Origin: Candidatus Latescibacterota bacterium
Lineage (GTDB): Bacteria; Latescibacterota; UBA2968; UBA8231
DNA: 64,000 nucleotides
NCBI GenBank assembly: GCA_965215195.1
Contig: CBDCDC010000001.1
Location: 640,001-704,000, forward strand
Direction: 5' to 3'
Shown piece by piece: positions 35,790 to 45,563 of the stretch (the first letter of the stretch is position 1; each line of letters begins with the position of its first letter). The notes under the pieces are model-generated. The model worked only from the letters and a program-made list of their open reading frames with translations. It was not told where the DNA came from and searched no databases. The position numbers and the translations under genes are program-made.

Positions 35790-37655
35790 ATGTCCGCTTT
35801 GTACCTGTTGATATATGTCCCGTTCCTCGCTCTTGCCTGTGCAGCGCAAGAGTTAGCTGACAGGCCGCTGGCCCAAGTGGGCGCGGACCTGATTACCGAG
35901 GGCGACTATCGCCGTTTTGTCGCCGGCCTGCCCGAGTGGACCAAGAGCGCGGCCAAAGGCAGCGACCAAGTGCGCGACTATTTGCAAACCCTCGTCGATC
36001 GCGCCCTCATCTTGCGCACCGCGCGGGCGCAAAAGGTGGAGCAAAGCGCGACCGTGCAAAAAAACATGGCAGCGGCCCTGCGGCTGAAAGTGGGGCAGGC
36101 GATGGAGCAGCACTACATTCGGCCCGCCGTCGCGGTCAGCGAAGCAGAACTGCGGCGCGCATTCGCCGCTCAGCAGTGGGAGCGGCAGCTCAAAATCGCC
36201 CACATTTTCGCGCGGACACCGGCGCGGGCCGAAGCGGCCCTAGCCGCCCTGCGAGCGGGCCGGTCCTTTGCAGAAGTGGCGCACGAGTTTTCGCAAAACC
36301 GCACTACCGCGGCCCATGGCGGGGAAAAGCCCTACTATTACAGCCGCAGCAATGCCATCCCGGCCGTGCGCGACGCCTTGTTTAGCTTGCCCAAGGGCGC
36401 AATCTCGGCGATCCTCCCCGTTCCCAAGGGGTACGAGATTTTCAAAATCCTCGACGAGCGCACGGCCTCCTACGAGCAAATGCGACCGCAAATTCTCAAG
36501 GCCCTTATGAGAGAGCGGTTACAGGCGCGGCGGCGTGCGTACATCGACTCGCTGGCCGCGCAGTTCCAATGGCAGGAAGTCGCAGAGGGCATGGACCGGC
36601 TCACGCACGTTTTGCACAGCGGCGAGCAAGAGGGCGACAAGAAGGTGTTTCACCTCGCGGAGGCAGACGCCGCGGCCGCGCTGTACACCTACGAGGGCGG
36701 CGCGATCACCTTGGGAGAAGCAGTGAGCCGCTCGCAGTTCATCCGCCAAGGGCGGTACGTACAAGACAGCCTCAAGGTGGCGTCCTACTTGGAACGCGAC
36801 GTGAAGGTTCCGCAACTTCTCCTGCTGCAGGGCCGCGCCTTGGGGATCGACCGCGAGCCGGCGATCGCCGACTGGCTCGTGCGCAAAGAGGAGGAAATCC
36901 TCATCCGCGAAATGCGGCGACGCGCCACGGCTCACAAGCAGCCGGTGACCGAGCAAGAGATGCGCGCCCACTACGGGGCTTACCCGGGGCGTTACCAGAC
37001 TTCGTCCATGGTAGAAGTTGTGGAAATACAGGTCGAAGAAGAGGACCAAGCGCGGGAATTGCTAGCCCGGATACGCGCCGACTACCAGCGGGCCGCGCCC
37101 CTGATTGCCCTCCTCGCCGAGATAAAAAAGAACGGCCGCGAGGTGAGCGCGTTGCAAAACCTCAACGATGAACTCGCGGTATATGCCTATCTCAAGCAGC
37201 GTCTAAGCGACCCGCTGGGCGCAGCGCAAATCGCCGCAGAGATTGCAAACGCGGCCGGGCCGGCCGACCTCGCCGAGACCTATATCGTGCGCCAGCTCGC
37301 GGCCTTGTACAGCGTGCGCCACGGCAGCCGCGAGGCCGTGGGCCGCTACCCGCTCTATTGGCACGAAACGCCGCGCTTTGGGCCGCTAGTCAAAGCGGCT
37401 ATGGAGGCCGAGGTAGGTGCGCTCATCGGTCCGGTAGAACACCACGGCTTGTACTCGATTGCCAAAGTCGTGAGACGCGCCGAATCCGGGCGGCAGCCCT
37501 TTGCCCAAGTGCAGAAGCGCATTGAGCACACCTTGCGGCGCAGCCGCGAAAGCGAATTGTTCGAGCAGTGGCTGCAAGCGCTGCGCACCGCAGCCGCGGA
37601 CGAAGTGATCTTCTTCGACGACAACATCAAAGCACTGGGGCAGGACGCGCCGTGA
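35790..37655 (+). CDS. PpiC/parvulin-type peptidylprolyl isomerase (SurA/PrsA-like foldase)
   Basis: LAQVG..IT, VSEAEL, HIF, GRSFAEVAHEFS..T...GG, GYEIFKI; second degenerate parvulin region. Confidence 0.75.
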   Translation: MSALYLLIYVPFLALACAAQELADRPLAQVGADLITEGDYRRFVAGLPEWTKSAAKGSDQVRDYLQTLVDRALILRTARAQKVEQSATVQKNMAAALRLKVGQAMEQHYIRPAVAVSEAELRRAFAAQQWERQLKIAHIFARTPARAEAALAALRAGRSFAEVAHEFSQNRTTAAHGGEKPYYYSRSNAIPAVRDALFSLPKGAISAILPVPKGYEIFKILDERTASYEQMRPQILKALMRERLQARRRAYIDSLAAQFQWQEVAEGMDRLTHVLHSGEQEGDKKVFHLAEADAAAALYTYEGGAITLGEAVSRSQFIRQGRYVQDSLKVASYLERDVKVPQLLLLQGRALGIDREPAIADWLVRKEEEILIREMRRRATAHKQPVTEQEMRAHYGAYPGRYQTSSMVEVVEIQVEEEDQARELLARIRADYQRAAPLIALLAEIKKNGREVSALQNLNDELAVYAYLKQRLSDPLGAAQIAAEIANAAGPADLAETYIVRQLAALYSVRHGSREAVGRYPLYWHETPRFGPLVKAAMEAEVGALIGPVEHHGLYSIAKVVRRAESGRQPFAQVQKRIEHTLRRSRESELFEQWLQALRTAAADEVIFFDDNIKALGQDAP

Positions 37656-38530
37656 TCCAACGCCAGCTCCGCAAGCTAATCGCGCCTCTGCTCGGGCCGG
37701 CGCTCGTGCTGCACATCGCGTTCTTTGTGCTGCCGGTGTGCAACGCGTTCTACTATTCCCTGACTTCTTGGTCGGGCGTCTCGCCACAAAAGGAGTACAT
37801 CGGCCTCGCCAATTTTGCACGCGCCTTTGCCGATCCCACCTTTCTCACGGCCCTAGAGAACGTCTTTTTGTTCGGCGTCCTCGGGTTCTTGATCGTCTTT
37901 CCGCTGAGCCTGCTGTTCGCGGTGGTTCTCGCCAAAAAGCCGCCCTTTGCCGGCTTTCTCAAATTCGTCGTCTTTGCCCCCACCCTGCTCTCGGTCGTGG
38001 TCACGGCCGTGCTGTGGGGCAGCATCTACAACCCGGTCATCGGCCTGCTCAACGAAACCCTGCGCAGCGTCGGGCTAGACGCGCTCGCCCGGCCCTGGCT
38101 GGGCAGCCGCCACAATGCCCTGCCGGCCATTGCCGTCGCCATGATCTGGCAGGGGTTGGGCACCTACGTAATCCTATTTTTGGCGGGCCTGCAAAAGATA
38201 CCGCTCAGTTTTTACGAGTCCGCCGCGCTAGACGGGGCCAATGCTTGGCAGCAATTTTGGCACGTGACCCTGCCGCTTTTGTGGGACGTCGTGCAGATTT
38301 TGGTGATTTTCTGGATCATCGGCGCCTTTCAGGCTTTTGCCCTCATCTTCGTCATCACGCGCGGCTATCCCAACGTCATTGAGGTGCTGGGAACCTATAT
38401 CTACTGGGCCGGCTTTCAGGGGCAGAGCATTGGCTATGCCTCGGCCATGGGGGTCGTCATGTTTTTCTTAGTATTGGCGTTTAGCCTCGCGGTCAATCGC
38501 CTGATGCGCCGCGAGCGCGTGGAGTACTAA
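37652..38530 (+). CDS. Carbohydrate ABC transporter permease (MalF-like)
   Basis: YIGLANF; EAA loop YESAALDGANAWQQFWHVTLPLL; GTG overlaps the PPIase TGA. Confidence 0.92.
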   Translation: MIQRQLRKLIAPLLGPALVLHIAFFVLPVCNAFYYSLTSWSGVSPQKEYIGLANFARAFADPTFLTALENVFLFGVLGFLIVFPLSLLFAVVLAKKPPFAGFLKFVVFAPTLLSVVVTAVLWGSIYNPVIGLLNETLRSVGLDALARPWLGSRHNALPAIAVAMIWQGLGTYVILFLAGLQKIPLSFYESAALDGANAWQQFWHVTLPLLWDVVQILVIFWIIGAFQAFALIFVITRGYPNVIEVLGTYIYWAGFQGQSIGYASAMGVVMFFLVLAFSLAVNRLMRRERVEY

Positions 38531-38532
38531 AG

Positions 38533-39360
38533 ATGCGCCGCTTGCCCAAGCTGCTGGCCATCCTGTTCATGGGGGGCTATTGCCTGAGTTCCCTAATCGC
38601 CCTCTTCTGGGTGGCCTATACCTCCTTTAAGACCAATCCCGAGTTCTTCGCCAGCACTTGGGCCTTGCCGGCCGAATTGCGCTGGCGCAATTACGCGTAC
38701 GCTTGGGACAACGCCGAAATTGGTCGCTACTTTTTTAACACGGCCTATATCACCGCGCTCGCCACGAGCGGCACCTTATTGGCGTCGGCCATGGCCGCGT
38801 ATGTCCTATCGCGGGTGACCTTCGCGTTTCGGCACTTCACCTTCTATCTCTTCCTGTCGGCCATGATGGTGCCGCCCATGCTATACCTCTTCCCGCTCTT
38901 TGTGCAGATGCGGCACTTGCACCTAACCAACAGCCACTTTGGTCTGATCGCGCTCTACATCGCCACTGGGTTGCCCTTTTCGATCTTTGTCCTGACGGGT
39001 TTTTTTCGCACCCTGCCGACCCAAATAGAAGAGGCCGCGCTGATTGACGGGGCCTCGCCGTGGCGCACCTTCTGGACGATTGCCCTACCCCTCGCCAAGC
39101 CCGGGCTCATCGCGGTTTCCATCTTCAACTGCATCAACTGCTGGAACGAGTTTTTCTGGTCGCTCATCCTCCTCCGCACCGGCAAGCTCTACACGCTGGC
39201 TCGCGGCCTGCAAACCCTGTTCTGGAACATGTCAACCGAATCGCGCTGGACCGAATTATTCGCCGGTCTGGTAATCGTCATGCTGCCCCTGATCGCGGTA
39301 TTCATTCTGCTGCAAAACCGCATAACAGAGGGCCTGACCGTCGGCGCACTGAAAGGATAA
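38533..39360 (+). CDS. Carbohydrate ABC transporter permease (MalG-like)
   Basis: TSFKT; IEEAALIDGAS..F..I.LPLAKPG; WNEF; GLTVGALKG. Confidence 0.93.
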   Translation: MRRLPKLLAILFMGGYCLSSLIALFWVAYTSFKTNPEFFASTWALPAELRWRNYAYAWDNAEIGRYFFNTAYITALATSGTLLASAMAAYVLSRVTFAFRHFTFYLFLSAMMVPPMLYLFPLFVQMRHLHLTNSHFGLIALYIATGLPFSIFVLTGFFRTLPTQIEEAALIDGASPWRTFWTIALPLAKPGLIAVSIFNCINCWNEFFWSLILLRTGKLYTLARGLQTLFWNMSTESRWTELFAGLVIVMLPLIAVFILLQNRITEGLTVGALKG

Positions 39361-39430
39361 TTGCGAATTTAATAACGGACGTTATGCCCTACTGAACGAT
39401 GCGTAACGTCCGTTAATAATTCATTCGCAA
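39361..39430. repeat. Nested inverted repeat between the permease and SBP genes
   Basis: Inner taacggacgtta (39373-84) / taacgtccgtta (39404-15); outer ttgcgaat / attcgcaa. Confidence 0.75.
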
Positions 39431-39445
39431 CTCGCAATTGATAAC

Positions 39446-40753
39446 ATGAAACGCCGCGACGTTCTCAAATATCTTGCCGCCGCTTGCGCCAGCGGGTGTG
39501 GCCGCTATCTGCCCGGGGAAAACGCGCTGGAGATCGCCAACCTCCAGCCGCCCGCGGCCCAAGTGCCGATCAACCAGCTCATGTGGCGGGCCGTGGAGCG
39601 CTTCCGCGAGACGCATCCAGAGGTCCAAGTTGAGCCGGCCAGCGGCGGCGGCGGTGGCTACCAAGAATTGATGATCCGCGTCATGGAGGGGCACCCGCCG
39701 GACATCATGTCCTTTGCCACGGCCGAGACCGGCCTGACCTACGCTTACGTCGAACAGGGGCACGTCCTCGATATGACCGAGTACCTCCAGCGGCCCTCTT
39801 GGGATACCCCGGGCAAGACGTGGCTGGAGACCATTGACCCGCTCTACCGGGGGCCGCTGACGTACAAAGGCCGCTTTTACGCCATCCCCCAAAACGTGAT
39901 TTCCCTCCAAGTGTATTGCAACGCCGAGCTGTACCAACGCGCCGGTGCCGACCTCAATCCACAGACTTGGGACCAGTTTCTCGACAACTGCGAACGCCTC
40001 AAGCGCGCCGGTATCGTTCCCATTACCCAAGACGGCATCCACTGGTACACGAGCTGGTGGTTCGACCACCTAGCCCAGCGCATTCTCGGCGCCGACAAGG
40101 TGCGCCAAGCCTTCCGCGATCCCCAGCGCCGCACCCCATGGACCGAACCCGGGTTTCTCCAAGCTGCCCGCATGGTTGAACAGATGCTGGATCGGGGGTA
40201 TTTCGCCGAGGGATTTGCCGGCCTCAATCACATCGAGTCCGAGCTTTTGTTTTGGCAGGGACGAGCGGCGACCGTGTTTGTCGGCAGTTGGTTTACCAGC
40301 GGTCGCACCGCAGTAAGCGGGAAGGACTTTCCCTTGTACGCCTTTCGCTTTCCCGCTGTCCAAGGCGGGCGCGGGAATCCGCGCGACTTGATCGGCACGG
40401 TCAACACCCAGAGCATCCCCACTCTGGCCCGCCAGCCCGAGCGGGCGGCCGAATTTCTGCGCTTGGTCAACAGCCGCTGGTTCCAAGAGCAGATGGTGCA
40501 ACAGGCCCAGATGATCAGTCCGCTCGTTGGGATGCCGCTGCCCGGCATCCAACAAGGCTTAGATCAGATCCTCGCCCAGACCGAGCAGTTCTACTCGTTT
40601 TCCTTTGGGCTAGAAGGGGCGCACCCGTTCTTGTATCGCCAGTACTGGAACGAGTGGAACCAGTTCATGGTGGCGCGCGAGCTGTCGGCCACCCAGCTCG
40701 TGGAAAACCTCGAAAACATCTTTACGCGGTATTATGGGCACATCGCGGGCTAG
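39446..40753 (+). CDS. ABC sugar solute-binding lipoprotein, possibly Tat-exported
   Basis: MKRRDVLK twin-Arg plus ASGC lipobox; PPDI, YAIP, YCNAELY, PQTWDQFL, FWQGRAA. Confidence 0.88.
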   Translation: MKRRDVLKYLAAACASGCGRYLPGENALEIANLQPPAAQVPINQLMWRAVERFRETHPEVQVEPASGGGGGYQELMIRVMEGHPPDIMSFATAETGLTYAYVEQGHVLDMTEYLQRPSWDTPGKTWLETIDPLYRGPLTYKGRFYAIPQNVISLQVYCNAELYQRAGADLNPQTWDQFLDNCERLKRAGIVPITQDGIHWYTSWWFDHLAQRILGADKVRQAFRDPQRRTPWTEPGFLQAARMVEQMLDRGYFAEGFAGLNHIESELLFWQGRAATVFVGSWFTSGRTAVSGKDFPLYAFRFPAVQGGRGNPRDLIGTVNTQSIPTLARQPERAAEFLRLVNSRWFQEQMVQQAQMISPLVGMPLPGIQQGLDQILAQTEQFYSFSFGLEGAHPFLYRQYWNEWNQFMVARELSATQLVENLENIFTRYYGHIAG

Positions 40754-40814
40754 CAGGCTACGCTACGGCCATATCTATCTGGTGGATACATTCAACAGTA
40801 GGATGAGTGAGGTG

Positions 40815-41444
40815 ATGAACATTAACAAAATTCTCGTTCTAGACGCTATGGGAGTTATATATCAGAGCTGTGATGATGTAGAAGAATTACTAGTGCCATT
40901 TATTCGAGATAAAGGATCAAATATAGACAAAAAAATCATCGAAGACCATTATACGCGGACTAGCTTAGGTGAATTTTCTTCTGAAGAATTTTGGACCAAA
41001 GTAGGCGTCGATTACAACCTTGAAGATGAGTACCTTGATAGACACCAACTATCTGTTGGTCTATTAGATTTTTTATCTGCCTTCAAGTATCGAGTTAAAG
41101 CACCTATTTATTGCTTGTCTAATGATGTATCAGAATGGTCCATTAAATTGCGAAAGAAATTTCAGTTAAATCAATATATTGAGAGATGGTTTATAAGCGG
41201 CGATCTAAAAATTAGAAAACCTTCTGCTGGTATCTACGATGTCCTGATTAGAGAAGCAAATGTAAAGCCAACGCAGATGCTGTTTGTTGACGATAGAGAA
41301 AAAAATATAGCAAAAGCAAATGAGTTCGGAATACAAACTGTACTTTGCAAAATAAATAACAGTGCGGAAGGGTATCGCGGTGAAGGTGAGAGTACGGTAA
41401 TCTATAGCTTTAATGAACTACTCGATCACTTCAATAAATTCTAG
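40815..41444 (+). CDS. HAD-superfamily hydrolase (low-GC insert)
   Basis: LVLDAMGVI, LSND, RKPS..IY, FVDDREKN; gaggtg RBS. Confidence 0.85.
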   Translation: MNINKILVLDAMGVIYQSCDDVEELLVPFIRDKGSNIDKKIIEDHYTRTSLGEFSSEEFWTKVGVDYNLEDEYLDRHQLSVGLLDFLSAFKYRVKAPIYCLSNDVSEWSIKLRKKFQLNQYIERWFISGDLKIRKPSAGIYDVLIREANVKPTQMLFVDDREKNIAKANEFGIQTVLCKINNSAEGYRGEGESTVIYSFNELLDHFNKF

Positions 41445-41449
41445 AATTG

Positions 41450-42280
41450 CTATGCGTCAGCGCGGTCGATCCACTTATAGGCGGCTTTGGCGTTGCGCCA
41501 GAAGTACTTCTCCGTCGCCTCTTTGCCCCGTGCGGTAAAATACGTCATCACCAAGCACTGTATGTCTGCGTACTCGCGGCCACTGCGGTCGGATACCGGC
41601 CAGTCGCTGCCGTAAATCAGCCGATCCTCCCCGAACAAATCCCACAGCGCGTCGAGCACCGGGGCGTAAAAGTCCACATCCGTCGGCGCTGGCTTGACTT
41701 GGCTGCGCAAATCCATCAGCCCCGACACCTTGCAATAGACCTGCGGCTGGGCCGCAGCCTGACGCATCAATTCCAGCCGCGCCGGATCGGGCGGGCGGCC
41801 GTCAATGGGGATGCCGCCGATGTGGTTGATGACGATGCGCAACTCGGGGAAGCACTCGGCCAGCGCGGGCACACCCTCGTGTAAACCCGTATCCAGTTCC
41901 AGATCGTGGGCTACTAGCATTTCGGCGGCGGCCAAGCCGTGGCTTTCCGCGGCATGTACGCGGGCGCGGATGCCGAGGAAGACCGGATCGGCGGCAAAGC
42001 GCTCCAAGTAAGCGGCAAAGTCCGGGTCGTTAGGCTCGAGGTGGCCGACCAATCCCACGATGAAGGGGTCGGCGGCGGCCAAATCGAGAACCCACTGGTT
42101 GTCCTCAACCCAAGGACTGCACTCGACCATGACTGTGCCCGTTACGCCCTCGGGCACGGCGAGGGCCTTGTAGTCTGCGGGCAGCGCGCGCCGATAGAGA
42201 ACTTCGTCGTCTTTTTCCGGCCAAGGTACGCCCTCGGGCCTGAACGGATCGTAGAAATGAGTGTGGGTATCGATGATCAT
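41450..42280 (-). CDS. Amidohydrolase_2-family protein (sugar-lactonase-like)
   Basis: IIDTHTHFYD, VINHIG, YCKVSGL, FGEDRLIYGSDWPV. Confidence 0.88.
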   Translation of the reverse strand: MIIDTHTHFYDPFRPEGVPWPEKDDEVLYRRALPADYKALAVPEGVTGTVMVECSPWVEDNQWVLDLAAADPFIVGLVGHLEPNDPDFAAYLERFAADPVFLGIRARVHAAESHGLAAAEMLVAHDLELDTGLHEGVPALAECFPELRIVINHIGGIPIDGRPPDPARLELMRQAAAQPQVYCKVSGLMDLRSQVKPAPTDVDFYAPVLDALWDLFGEDRLIYGSDWPVSDRSGREYADIQCLVMTYFTARGKEATEKYFWRNAKAAYKWIDRADA

Positions 42281-43173
42281 CGCCCTATCGCTCCTCGCGT
42301 TAAATTGGTTCCGTTTTCAATGCGTTGGACGACCTCGTAAAAGAAATCCCGTGACCAAATGTCGATGGTGCGCGGGTCGCGCACGAATCGGACCACATCG
42401 TCCCGGGCGCGACCAACATCGAGTCGGTCAACCGCTTGTCGCAAGAGTTCCATGAGGCGGTCCCGCGTTAAAGGCGTCTCGTCCCGATAATCGCCCGACT
42501 GCCTCATGCGTGCCTCTAGATGGCTCAGATGCACTTGTGGATGACGGCCGGCGTACCAGACTAGATCGTACCAGTCCCGGCCCTTGACGCGCGTCTGCCA
42601 CCTCCGGCACAGGATGGCGTGTAGCTTGCCGGCGAGCAGATCGGGCAGACTATAAACGCGCACCGCAAAGGGAATAGGTTGCAGCAGATAGCGGCTCTCG
42701 GTCTCAAAGCCGCCGGGTGGATCGGTGTCCACTTCGAGTTTGATCCTCAGGACCGATCCGGGATGCAGGCCGGGGAGCAGCTCGGCGTCTGCTTCGATGA
42801 CGAGCAACTGTTTGAGCGTATGGGCCTTGAGAAAGGCCGACTCAATGGCCGTCTGCCGGGCCTGCTCTCTTTGCTCAAACTCGACGCGAAAACCAAAACT
42901 GCTGATCTCGCGCAAGAGTGCTTCGCCATATTGCCCAAGCGAAAACCCCGGATCGGGTGCCAACAGCGAGAAGTCGATGTCCTCGGAATAGCGATCCAAG
43001 CCGTAGAGTACGCGCAGGGCCGTGCCCCCGTAGAAGGCGGCATGCTCAAAAAACTTGCTGCGCCAGAGGCCGAGCAACGCCAATTCCTGCACTATTTCCC
43101 GCAGCACATTGACGTAATCGTCGCGCGTTTGGGGCGCGTAGCGGTCAAGCATGGAGCGAATGGCCTCATGCAT
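42277..43173 (-). CDS. AbiEii/AbiGii nucleotidyltransferase toxin (type IV TA)
   Basis: AFYGGTALRVLYGLDRYSEDIDFSL, KLEVD, GKLHA, KGRDWYDL. Confidence 0.92.
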   Translation of the reverse strand: MHEAIRSMLDRYAPQTRDDYVNVLREIVQELALLGLWRSKFFEHAAFYGGTALRVLYGLDRYSEDIDFSLLAPDPGFSLGQYGEALLREISSFGFRVEFEQREQARQTAIESAFLKAHTLKQLLVIEADAELLPGLHPGSVLRIKLEVDTDPPGGFETESRYLLQPIPFAVRVYSLPDLLAGKLHAILCRRWQTRVKGRDWYDLVWYAGRHPQVHLSHLEARMRQSGDYRDETPLTRDRLMELLRQAVDRLDVGRARDDVVRFVRDPRTIDIWSRDFFYEVVQRIENGTNLTRGAIGR

Positions 43174-43819
43174 GGCTCTGCTCCCTTAGCGTCTGCAGAT
43201 AGCGCATGAGCCGATGGAGCTTCCGCGAATCGTAGGCTCTCGCTATCGCATTGAGGCGGTCGCCATCGAGGACGGCCAATCGGGCGGGATCCAGCCGCAG
43301 GTCGTCCAGCAAATACGGTCCATAGTCCCCCAAGCGAATCCCGTCGAAGCGCTTGTCGGCCCACACCTTGTCCGCCAGTGCCTTTTCTGGGGAAGCAATC
43401 AGGAAGGACAGAACGCCGTGCTCTTCTAGGATGACGCCAACGGCGTAGCGGCTCTGGCTCAAGTGGCGGTAGGAGAAAGTTCCGCAGGGCGTAGTAAAGG
43501 AGCGCGATCGCCCCAATGTCATTGAGGTGACCATCTCGACGCGTTCGGGTATGAGCTCGTGGTAGTTCAGTGCGTAGTCCAGACTTATATAGGAAGGCCC
43601 ATAGATCAGATTGGCCAGCAGTTCCCGGCTGATAGGTGCTTGCCGGAGGGGCTCGCCAAAGGTGTACAAGCCCTTCCTAATGCGCACAATTTCTCCGGCA
43701 GCCAATAACCTGCGGACTTTGTCGCGGGGCTTGCTAAATTGGGACAAACAGGCGACCAACTGCTGGTAATCGAAGACATCCCGAACAATCTGTTGCCGCA
43801 ATGGGGTCATTTCAACCAT
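43166..43819 (-). CDS. AbiEi-like antitoxin/transcriptional regulator
   Basis: wHTH-like IVRIRKGLY; PSYISLDYAL.YH.LIPER; IASPEKALAD; overlaps abiEii. Confidence 0.85.
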   Translation of the reverse strand: MVEMTPLRQQIVRDVFDYQQLVACLSQFSKPRDKVRRLLAAGEIVRIRKGLYTFGEPLRQAPISRELLANLIYGPSYISLDYALNYHELIPERVEMVTSMTLGRSRSFTTPCGTFSYRHLSQSRYAVGVILEEHGVLSFLIASPEKALADKVWADKRFDGIRLGDYGPYLLDDLRLDPARLAVLDGDRLNAIARAYDSRKLHRLMRYLQTLREQSHA

Positions 43820-43965
43820 CTCGTACCGCAATAATATACATCAATGTCCACAATTAGTAGGCATAGTATGCTAAAAATGTGAATTCTCTCCAATCTATAT
43901 CACTACGGACTGATGCGGCCCCGGCTTGGGCCTCCACCCCGTCTGGCGTTTTTATGCCGCGCAAC

Positions 43966-44892
43966 TCATTTGCCGCCTGCGGAGGGCGCTGGCACCGCGT
44001 CCTGCTCCGCAGGCATGCGCCAGTTTTGCGCCTCATCTAAAGTCATGGTGCGAAAATCGGGCATCCGGTCCGCATCCCGGTCCTGGTGCTGATGGCCGCC
44101 TAGGATGTACATCGAGTGCTTGCGCCCCGACCCCGGGCGATCGGCGTCGAGCAGCCGGAATCCCATATGCAGGACCTTCCCCGGCGCGAAAACGTGCCGC
44201 TTGCTCTCCTCGGGGCTCGGCCCCAACACGTCCCACAAAGCCGCTTTCCACTCGAAGGTATATTCGACGTGCAAAGTGCCGTTGGCCGCATTGGGCGGGT
44301 GCATCGTCCAAGCGATGTCGAAGTGGGGTTTGTGCATCGCCCACAGGAACTCCGCCAAGAACGGGTCGTGGTGCTGGTCGAGAAAGCCAGCTTGGCCGTG
44401 AGGGAGACGCGAGTGTCGCAACGGCAGCACCCGGGCGTAGTAGCGTTGGCCGTTGACCAGCTCCTCGCGGGTGTGCCCGTAGATACTGCCGCCGGAGTGG
44501 TCGGCATCCACGGTAATCGACAGCGTATCGTCCCGCCACCACTTGAGGGGATCTTGGTTTTCGATCTTGAGCGTATCGTCGCTGATCCGGGCGAAGCAGT
44601 ACCAGCTATTGTCGGGGGGCGGACTCCAAGCAGTGTAGATGGTAAAGTCGAAGTCGGCCGCATCGACGTGGTCTGATTCGCGGTCGAAGAATCCTTCCCG
44701 CTCCAGCGCCAGACGGGGGTCGAAAAAGGCCCAGTCCCGGTCGTCGCCATCTATAGTTATCGCCGCGAGATCGGGCACCTCGACGAAGGGGACTGTGACG
44801 CCCACATGGGCGGACGCGAGGCTGGTGAAGAGGAGGGATAGGGCGAGGCTCGCAAGAAATGCCCTGAACCGAGTGCAGCAATGCGCGTACAT
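43966..44892 (-). CDS. Secreted CBM9-like protein lacking the WG..K tail; in frame with an upstream abiEi fragment (ORF extends to 45012)
   Basis: Signal peptide ASA|HVGVTV; ITIDGDDRDW; DADHSGG; DADRPGSGRKHSMY shared with 58868-59779. Confidence 0.72.
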   Translation of the reverse strand: MYAHCCTRFRAFLASLALSLLFTSLASAHVGVTVPFVEVPDLAAITIDGDDRDWAFFDPRLALEREGFFDRESDHVDAADFDFTIYTAWSPPPDNSWYCFARISDDTLKIENQDPLKWWRDDTLSITVDADHSGGSIYGHTREELVNGQRYYARVLPLRHSRLPHGQAGFLDQHHDPFLAEFLWAMHKPHFDIAWTMHPPNAANGTLHVEYTFEWKAALWDVLGPSPEESKRHVFAPGKVLHMGFRLLDADRPGSGRKHSMYILGGHQHQDRDADRMPDFRTMTLDEAQNWRMPAEQDAVPAPSAGGK

Positions 44893-44905
44893 GTCGCTAG
44901 CCAGC

Positions 44906-45082
44906 ATATAGGAAGGCCCGTGGATTAGATTGGCCAGCAGTTCCCGGCTGATGGGTGCTTGCCGGATGATCTGCTGCCGCAATGGGTTCGTTTTAAGCAT
45001 TTTGTATCGCAATAATGTACATCAATGTCCACAATTAGTGGGCATAACATGCTAAAAATGTGAGGTTCCGTCCAATCCACAT
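44906..45082 (-). repeat. Duplicated, internally deleted abiEi 5' end and promoter
   Basis: Matches 43587-43647 joined to about 43786-43900. Confidence 0.88.
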
Positions 45083-45166
45083 TTGACATGCAGCTTAGAG
45101 GGTGCTTTGACCAGTACGACCCCAAGCAATATAGAGCAGCTTCGGTGCTTTTTTTACCTGTTGCTT

Positions 45167-45320
45167 TCAACATTTAATCAAGGCCGCCTTTTCTCTTTTT
45201 TTGCGGAATGGAATGCCGAGTTTCCGCAGGCGGCTACGCAGCGTGTTGGGATGGACGCCGAGCAAGCGGGCCGCGCCTCGGGGGCCGTAAGTCGGCTTTG
45301 CCGTTAGTTACGGACTCTAT
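45167..45320 (-). pseudogene. C-terminal Fis-type HTH relic of a sigma-54 enhancer-binding protein
   Basis: TNGK then, after a frameshift, YGPRGAARLLGVHPNTLRSRLRKLGI. Confidence 0.7.
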
Positions 45321-45563
45321 ATCTATGGATTCTGGGCACCCTAGCTCCTCGCTCCTTCGTACAGGTGCTGCCCATTCAGGCGTTGCGCGAAGGCATGGTG
45401 CCGCGTGTAGCGATCTATGCGGCGGATGGTGGCGGAGCGGCCGGGCAAGGGCAAGACGTGCTGTGTTATCCCGGCCGGCCGTTGACGAAGGGGCACGTGC
45501 GGACTTGAATAAGGGAAAGGTTCGGTCGGCTAACACTCCTCCCACTAACGCTAGAGGTACTCT

